From an uncultured Bacilli bacterium (GTDB lineage: Bacteria > Bacillota_I > Bacilli_A > RF39 > UBA660), in the NCBI GenBank assembly GCA_944329205.1, contig CALVHY010000027.1:2636-66635 (forward strand): 64,000 nt of DNA, written 5' to 3'. The notes beneath the pieces are model-generated. The model saw only the letters and a list, made by a program, of their open reading frames with translations. It ran no database searches and was not told the DNA's origin. The position numbers were made by a program, and so were the translations under genes. Of the stretch, positions 57,548 through 64,000 are shown piece by piece; position 1 is the stretch's first letter; each line of letters starts with the position of its first letter.

Positions 57548-60500
57548 TTATTTATCCAAACTATTAAAATTGTTTATTAGTTTTACCCGTTTAATTTTAG
57601 AATTCATAATGATATAGCCAAAATCATTTGTAATATCTTCCCGATCTTCTCTCGTAATTTTGGAAATTCGATACAACGATTGATCAGCAATCCCACTACC
57701 AATCCAAATTCCTCTTGTCGTATCCGCTCCTGCTTTAAACCATTCTTCATAAGCAAAATTCTTTAAAGCATCAGGATTATCAACTAAGACAAAGGAAACT
57801 AACCCCATTTGATTATCCTGCTTCATAATCTCATTTAATTTAGCCCGACTATCGTTATTTAACTTGCTAATAAAATCATATGCTCCATATATGATACACA
57901 TAAATTTCTTTTGAATATCTATAACTTTAACATCATATTTATTCTCTTCATATATTTTATATACTTGTTCTATGTAATTAGCTAATTGTAAAACAATATT
58001 ATCATAATCGCGATTAAGTACTCTACCTTCCAAATTACTGTTAACAATTGCTTGTTCAGTTGTATTAACAAATAATATTTCGTAACTTTTCGTATAACTA
58101 ACTTGATCTATTAAAGCATAAATAAAACTTAAAGTATTTTCTAGCTCATATGAACTAACCAAAGTAATAGCGTTTTTCTTCAAATTAAACTTTTCCATTA
58201 AAAGTGTATCTTTATTTACTCCGATAACTACTCTAGCATCATTAGTAAGATCATCTTTAACATATTGGAAATCAACATTTTCTGGTAAAACCGGAATTTT
58301 CTTAAGTTTATATGTTGATTGAGACTTCATCGTTTTACATTTATCAACGATATAACTTGTAACATCATCTAAATCGGTAACATAAGCGGTTTGAAATTCA
58401 TAAATATTACCTTTTCTAAACAAACCTCGACCCTTAAACTTCGCCGGTACTCTTCCCCTTACATTACCTAAAATATTCATATAATCCATCTCACTATTTT
58501 GCTGTAAAGCATAAACTAAAGCAAAATTTTGTCTAGTTCTAAGTCTTATACTATTATCATTACTTGCTGTAATTACAAAAAATATACCATACTTAAACGC
58601 TTCCCTAGAAAGTTGATTTAATTCTTCCACACTCTCTTCATAGTTTTCCATAAAAGATTCAAAATTATTAATAATAACTACATAATTAGGTAAAACTCCC
58701 GCTTTACTTTTAATATAATTATTATAATTTCCCCCATAATTAGCAAATAATTTCTTTCTTTTAATCAATTCTTCATTAAGCATTTTAAATAAATTAACCA
58801 CTTTATCTTGCTCACTTACAAAAGCAATATCGGCAACAAGAGGTGAAGATCTAAACATAGAAAGTGTTTCGGCCCCGAAATCCAAAATATAAAAATTAAC
58901 CTCAGACGCATCATAAGAAACCATGCACGAATAAATAAGGGAAATTAAAAAGTTTTCTTTACCGGAACCAGTAATTCCATAAATAATTGCATTTCCTAGT
59001 TTGCTAAAAGGAACATGTAAAGCATACTGATCTTGATTTTCCGGATCATCATACTCTCCAATAATAGGATTTAAATAGTACGGTGTTTTTACAAAATGAT
59101 ATTTTTCTTTTAAAGCATCAATATAAATCTTACTAGGTATTTTATCAAGCCATAGCCTTCTAATACTTATCTTCTCTTCTAAAGCAACATTACTTAAATA
59201 CCGCACAATATTAGGCAACTCTTCCCCTTCCGCCTGTATTTTTGGGCCATTATCCACATCTTTACTAGAAATTACAAAACCAATATTATTAATAATATTT
59301 ACTGATGTATCCATTTCCTTTTTAAATGTAGCACTGGGAAAGTAATTACCTCCCGCCCAGGCTGATTGACCTAAAGTATATACCTCATCAAAGCCAACTT
59401 GTAAATAAAATCTTCCTACTTTTTTTAAATAAGCTGCATCCGGTTTTTTCAATACTTCATTTGAATCAGCAGTATCCTGAACTTTCAGGCAAACTCTAAA
59501 CCGGGTATTTGACCAAATTTGAGGATCTACCACCCCTCCTGGTTTTTGGGTAGCCAAAATAAGATGGATTCCCAGTGATCTACCAACTCGAGCTGCCGAA
59601 ATAAGCTTATCCATAAACTCGGGTTGTTGTTCTTTCAACTCGGCAAACTCATCACTAATAATAAACAGATGAGAAATAGGCTCTTTACCTAAAAGTTTAC
59701 CTTCTCGCCACAACTTTTGATATTTATAAATATCAATAGTACTTTCATTAGTTATTTTTTTAGCTTCATTAAACTCTCTTTGTCTTCTTTTAATTTCGCT
59801 TTCAATTGAAGCTAAAGACCGATTAAGTTCATTTCCATCCAAGTTAGTAATAGTTCCCGCTAAATGTGGTAAACGATATTTATCATTGCTAAAAGCTCCC
59901 GCTAAACTTCCCCCTTTATAATCAATTAAAATAATTTGAACTTCATAAGGATGATAATTAATCGCTAAGGATAAAATATAAGTTATAATAAACTCTGATT
60001 TTCCAGAACCTGTTGTACCAGCGATTAAACCATGAGGGCCATGATACTTTTCATGCAAATCAAGATTAATAATCTCTTGACTTTTCCCAATGCCTACTGG
60101 AGCTTGCAAAGATAAAATTGGATTACTTTTTTTCCATCTATCCCGGGCATTTAATTGTTCTACCTTGCCCACTTGATACATTTCTAAAAACTGATAAGTA
60201 TCCGGCAAACTAGCTTCCGCTTCGTTCTTAATATCGATTGGTATATTAGCTAGTTCACGAGCACAATTATAAATATCTTCTATGGAAGAAAAATCAATTT
60301 TAAATTTTTGAACATATTCATTAATAATACTACTAAAAATAGCACATTCTTCTTTACTAGCATTAATAAAATTTTTACATTCATTGGGTAAGTTAGATAC
60401 TTTATCCACTAACATTATAAAACTAAAACCCAAATTTTGTTCTTGATCCATTATTGCTTTTATAAAATCATAATTATCAATTGATTTAATTGAATCTGTA

Positions 60501-62149
60501 ATTATAACATAATGGGGACTAAAACGATTTTGTTCTCTTTGGCTTTTTCGTTCATTAAATATTTTTTCTAAAATATAAATAATCTCTCTATAATCATCAT
60601 TTGATGACCCAAAAAAGCGAAAAGATCTATCATTTGACCAACTATGTGGTATCGTCTTAGCATAATCCCAATCCCGTTCATGATCTTTGGATGTAAAAAT
60701 AACTATTTTAACTTCATCATAACTGTACAAACACATAAGTTGCAATATTACCCGATCAATAAAATCTTTAGTTACCACAGCATTTCCGACAATACCGGTT
60801 ATTATATTTAAAAAAAACGAATAAGTAATTGGTACACTTCGAATAATCCGATCTTTCTTTCCTAAATCATAAGCAAGATCCAAAAGATTATCCTCACTCA
60901 AAGAAAAGTGTTCTTCGGGATATTTTATTTCCACTTGCATTGGTACATCGCCAATACCTACCGGTAACGTTAAAAAATCTTCATCAGTAATTCTTCTTTG
61001 CCATAATTTAACGCTATGAGACTTAATTATATCTATACATTCCGAAACAGTAAAATAATTCCCCTTTAAAGCTGCTTTTTGTTCTTCCAAAGCTTTAGCT
61101 ATTTCTCTTTCTTTTTTAGCTAAATAATCTTTATATAAGTTTTGTCTTTTCTTCTCATACATCTTATCAGCAAATCTTTGATAAGCTTTCGTAATTAGTG
61201 GCCAAAGTAAACAACTTGCCAGCATTACCCCACTCATTACTATCGAAGTTATCGAAGAACTAACAGTAGCTTCTCCTCTACTTATGGAATTAAATGTTGA
61301 TAAAAGCATAACTACTGACATCATTGCCATCGTAACCATTGGTCCTACCGTTAAAATGGCAGGCGTTTTATCCGGTTCTTTTTTCGTCGGCGGATTATCA
61401 AGTTTAACTTGAAAAGGCTTAATCGTTTTATAAAAATAAGGCGTCCGATAAAAATAATCCCCACTATTATAAATTGAATCATCACTTAATTCCGCATAAT
61501 CTTCCACATAATTATCTTTAATCGGCGTAATACTAGCATAAAAAGTACTATCAGCGATCAAATTATTAGGATTATTAACTAGCAAATAATCTTTGTCATT
61601 TTTCTTCATCAAAATAATTTTTAGCCCAAACATGAAGATAACATCTCCATATTCCAACCGCTTCTTACTTCTAACTCTCTTTTGATTTATATATACTGAA
61701 GCTAATTTATCATTAACTACCAAATAATAATAATTATCTTCTTTAACTATGGCAAAAGCGTTTTTTACAACTCCCCCAAGTTTATAACAAATATTACTAA
61801 GCCCATCACTTCCTACTATAATAGGTTTACTAAAATCGGTATTATATTCTTTAAAAGAAGTATCATAAACTTGCGAACAATAAATATAATATTTTTCATT
61901 TTTATAATTATTTTTAAATAAATAAAAGCATTCTTCCTTTAATATAGCATAATCTACTCTATTATCTTTATTATCGACAACAAAAGCATCATTATTACTA
62001 ACTAACTTCCAACCCTCACTACTAGCTTCAATATTAATAAGATTGATTCTTCTTCCATTCTCAAAATCTGTAATCCAATAATTACCACTAATATCTTTGG
62101 GCAAAATAACAATATCTAATCTATTTTGTTTAATAATTGTTAATTGCAT
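57548..62149 (-). CDS. essC: Type VII secretion system ATPase EssC/YukB (FtsK-SpoIIIE family)
   Basis: 1533 aa. N-terminal FHA-like domains, two TM (about 255-315), three FtsK/SpoIIIE ATPase domains (for example LIAGTTGSGKSEFIITYILSL, IYGITGSGKENFLISL). Confidence 0.85.
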   Translation of the reverse strand: MQLTIIKQNRLDIVILPKDISGNYWITDFENGRRINLINIEASSEGWKLVSNNDAFVVDNKDNRVDYAILKEECFYLFKNNYKNEKYYIYCSQVYDTSFKEYNTDFSKPIIVGSDGLSNICYKLGGVVKNAFAIVKEDNYYYLVVNDKLASVYINQKRVRSKKRLEYGDVIFMFGLKIILMKKNDKDYLLVNNPNNLIADSTFYASITPIKDNYVEDYAELSDDSIYNSGDYFYRTPYFYKTIKPFQVKLDNPPTKKEPDKTPAILTVGPMVTMAMMSVVMLLSTFNSISRGEATVSSSITSIVMSGVMLASCLLWPLITKAYQRFADKMYEKKRQNLYKDYLAKKEREIAKALEEQKAALKGNYFTVSECIDIIKSHSVKLWQRRITDEDFLTLPVGIGDVPMQVEIKYPEEHFSLSEDNLLDLAYDLGKKDRIIRSVPITYSFFLNIITGIVGNAVVTKDFIDRVILQLMCLYSYDEVKIVIFTSKDHERDWDYAKTIPHSWSNDRSFRFFGSSNDDYREIIYILEKIFNERKSQREQNRFSPHYVIITDSIKSIDNYDFIKAIMDQEQNLGFSFIMLVDKVSNLPNECKNFINASKEECAIFSSIINEYVQKFKIDFSSIEDIYNCARELANIPIDIKNEAEASLPDTYQFLEMYQVGKVEQLNARDRWKKSNPILSLQAPVGIGKSQEIINLDLHEKYHGPHGLIAGTTGSGKSEFIITYILSLAINYHPYEVQIILIDYKGGSLAGAFSNDKYRLPHLAGTITNLDGNELNRSLASIESEIKRRQREFNEAKKITNESTIDIYKYQKLWREGKLLGKEPISHLFIISDEFAELKEQQPEFMDKLISAARVGRSLGIHLILATQKPGGVVDPQIWSNTRFRVCLKVQDTADSNEVLKKPDAAYLKKVGRFYLQVGFDEVYTLGQSAWAGGNYFPSATFKKEMDTSVNIINNIGFVISSKDVDNGPKIQAEGEELPNIVRYLSNVALEEKISIRRLWLDKIPSKIYIDALKEKYHFVKTPYYLNPIIGEYDDPENQDQYALHVPFSKLGNAIIYGITGSGKENFLISLIYSCMVSYDASEVNFYILDFGAETLSMFRSSPLVADIAFVSEQDKVVNLFKMLNEELIKRKKLFANYGGNYNNYIKSKAGVLPNYVVIINNFESFMENYEESVEELNQLSREAFKYGIFFVITASNDNSIRLRTRQNFALVYALQQNSEMDYMNILGNVRGRVPAKFKGRGLFRKGNIYEFQTAYVTDLDDVTSYIVDKCKTMKSQSTYKLKKIPVLPENVDFQYVKDDLTNDARVVIGVNKDTLLMEKFNLKKNAITLVSSYELENTLSFIYALIDQVSYTKSYEILFVNTTEQAIVNSNLEGRVLNRDYDNIVLQLANYIEQVYKIYEENKYDVKVIDIQKKFMCIIYGAYDFISKLNNDSRAKLNEIMKQDNQMGLVSFVLVDNPDALKNFAYEEWFKAGADTTRGIWIGSGIADQSLYRISKITREDREDITNDFGYIIMNSKIKRVKLINNFNSLDK

Positions 62150-62161
62150 ACACTCACCTAC

Positions 62162-62422
62162 TTAATATAATATCAATTTAGAGCCATTTTTAATTGTACT
62201 GTGTCTAACAAACTGCTGATTATCTATTTTATTCCCACTAACTTTATCATATAAATACTTACCCCCATCATCTATAAAAGCCTCATTAATATCCTGAACC
62301 ATTTTTATAATTAAATTTTTAACCGTACCTACCCTTTTATTTACCGGAATATAAATGTCATACTCTTCCTCAATTAAAGGGATATAAACCATTACTAGTA
62401 TTTTATTATTCATATTAATCAC
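62162..62422 (-). CDS. esaB: YukD/EsaB ubiquitin-like T7SS protein
   Basis: 86 aa. Beta-grasp-like pattern, size and position immediately upstream of essC. Confidence 0.6.
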   Translation of the reverse strand: MINMNNKILVMVYIPLIEEEYDIYIPVNKRVGTVKNLIIKMVQDINEAFIDDGGKYLYDKVSGNKIDNQQFVRHSTIKNGSKLILY

Positions 62423-62515
62423 CCCTTAAAAAAAGTACAATTAAAATATCACACTACCCTCTATAATATCTTAATTATACCATACAATTAGCAAAAATTA
62501 AATGCTTTTTAAATC

Positions 62516-63679
62516 TTATTCAAGAACATATCCTGCTCTATAAGCTTCCATAAATAAATCGACATCATCATTCGTATAAACCGCATGGTTTTCATAATAT
62601 TCACTCATATCTGTTATTGTATATTTATCACTATCAAAAGAAACAGCACTAATACGCACTCCATCAGCTCCCCCCGCTGCTTCCGCTGCATAATATACTT
62701 CTACATTCTCATCCACGCCAACTATAAATAAAACATGGCCTGAATTGCTTAAAAGATCTCCTGGTTGGCCCACATAAGAAGAGCCAAGTTCATATTGTGC
62801 CCCCAGCATACCTTGTCCTGTCGCATCCGTTATATGATCATCATCAAAACCGGCATTATGCAAAACCCATGAAACAAAACCTGAACAATCCGGTCCATAA
62901 TTAGTATAAGTAACATCACCATTTTGCGTCTCAACAATACTCGTTCCCCAATTGGCATCTACCCCATAAAAAGTATTAGGATAACGATTAAGATTTTCTC
63001 CTGTCTCATTTGATATCGCGAGCCATACACTCGGCGCATGTTGTCCGCCAAATAAATAAGGTAACCTAATATCATATTGATCATATAAATCCCAAACTAA
63101 TGATAAAGCTGCTGCCACCGCTGCATCTCTCGTTCCTACCCCTGCCTCTATAATATTACTTAAAATATGCTCATTAAAATCTTCAATACTTATTCCCTTC
63201 ATATTTAAAGCATTTTTTAAACTAGTTGTTAATATATTTTGTGATCCTGTCGAAGTAATTATATATATATCTCTTTTAGACTTTATTAACTTGCTGGCAA
63301 AAAAACTTGATACTTTATTATTAGTTAAAAAAGCCTTACCATCAGTTAATAAATTAACTCTTATAATAGTTGAATTTATTCCTCTTAATGCTTCACTAAC
63401 TAAACTTGATTTAATCGATCCCGTCCCATAAGTTGCCTTATTTTCTAAGCCTTCCACTTCATTAATATAGTCTTTAAGTAAATTATTAACATTTAAAATA
63501 TTTTCCTGAATTTGGACATAAGAATTTTGTAGATCATTTAAAAACCTCGTCAATTCTTGACTTGTCCCATATCCTGAATTAAAAATAACTGCTTTATCTT
63601 TAAAGCTATGAGCGCATCGCTTTAGCTCTCCACTAGCTTCCATCAAGGTTGATAAATTAGCAATTACCCGATCCATCAC
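62516..63679 (-). CDS. helical N-terminal domain protein with C-terminal NlpC/P60 (CHAP-like) cysteine peptidase domain
   Basis: C-terminus PDCSGFVSWVLHNAGF...GDLL...GHVLFIVGVDEN (Cys...His papain-like). N-terminal roughly 200 aa predicted helical. No TM. In T7SS locus. Confidence 0.5.
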   Translation of the reverse strand: MMDRVIANLSTLMEASGELKRCAHSFKDKAVIFNSGYGTSQELTRFLNDLQNSYVQIQENILNVNNLLKDYINEVEGLENKATYGTGSIKSSLVSEALRGINSTIIRVNLLTDGKAFLTNNKVSSFFASKLIKSKRDIYIITSTGSQNILTTSLKNALNMKGISIEDFNEHILSNIIEAGVGTRDAAVAAALSLVWDLYDQYDIRLPYLFGGQHAPSVWLAISNETGENLNRYPNTFYGVDANWGTSIVETQNGDVTYTNYGPDCSGFVSWVLHNAGFDDDHITDATGQGMLGAQYELGSSYVGQPGDLLSNSGHVLFIVGVDENVEVYYAAEAAGGADGVRISAVSFDSDKYTITDMSEYYENHAVYTNDDVDLFMEAYRAGYVLE

Positions 63680-63702
63680 ATCATCTCCTTGTTAATAAAG
63701 TT

Positions 63703-63993
63703 TTACCCTACTTTCAAATAATTATCAATTATACTTTCATATTTAATCATTAACTCACTATTAGCATTTATTTGATTAACCACACCTGCATTCACCTTTT
63801 TAGTCCTCGTTACCTTACCATCTTCTCCTAAAGACTCTTCATAACTATATCTTCGTGTTTCTAACTCTCTATTTGTCTTTTCAAGCTCTTGATATTTCCC
63901 AATATATATCGCGGCATTTTCAAGATTATTAAGCTTTTTTTTAATCGTTGCAATACTCCCAAGTATTGCTAAAGATGTCTCTATATTACTCAA
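63703..63993 (-). CDS. small helical protein, WXG100-sized (96 aa) but lacking W-x-G
   Basis: Size and position at the head of a T7SSb locus. Two predicted helices. No Trp. Confidence 0.3.
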   Translation of the reverse strand: MSNIETSLAILGSIATIKKKLNNLENAAIYIGKYQELEKTNRELETRRYSYEESLGEDGKVTRTKKVNAGVVNQINANSELMIKYESIIDNYLKVG

Positions 63994-64000
63994 AGAAGTT

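Noticed and set aside
1-64000. CRISPR arrays, rRNA genes, IS/transposase genes
   Set aside because: No regularly spaced short direct repeats, no rRNA-like conserved stretches, and no transposase or integrase ORF recognised anywhere in the window.

Overview
This is a low-GC (about 28-30% by eye) Firmicute chromosomal segment using the standard genetic code; TAG, TAA and TGA all terminate genes here. Most of the window is densely packed minus-strand genes.

Housekeeping genes I recognise: a truncated mutM at the left edge, polA, divIVA/sepF division genes, an NMT1/SsuA-type ABC transporter, secE-nusG, ffh, rpsT, addAB, tRNA-Asn(GUU), lysS, trmB, and a MurJ/SpoVB-family flippase.

Sporulation signatures (gpr-spoIIP synteny next to rpsT, a CotD-like coat protein, an unannotated Cse60-like small ORF) suggest an endospore-forming lineage.

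The accessory content worth a second look:
- About 9.5 kb immediately 3' of tRNA-Asn (37525-47050) is a single promoter-driven operon. It encodes a CpaF/VirB11-type secretion ATPase, two TadB/TadC-like membrane proteins, an atypical two-TM pilin-like protein, CpaB- and TadE-like proteins, a C-terminally anchored protein, and a 1245-aa Cys-rich secreted giant. This is a candidate Tad-like pilus/adhesin system of unusual composition, with no Flp pilin or prepilin peptidase.
- A sortase-B domain is fused to a large LRR-like cytoplasmic N-terminus, divergently paired with a candidate substrate.
- A 507-aa protein carries two internally repeated Rx4H (HEPN-like) motifs.
- The right edge holds a partial type VIIb secretion locus (EssC, YukD/EsaB, an NlpC/P60 protein, a small helical protein).
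- A tandem array of an ORF6N-domain (phage antirepressor-like) gene has one intact and two decayed copies, flanked by 37-bp direct repeats and enclosing an LD-carboxypeptidase pseudogene with an in-frame TAG-TGA.
- Two paralogous surface proteins share conserved TTGACT-17-TATAAT/TATATT promoters. One has a conspicuously GC-rich chimeric 3' end followed by a GC-rich hairpin-dense non-coding stretch.
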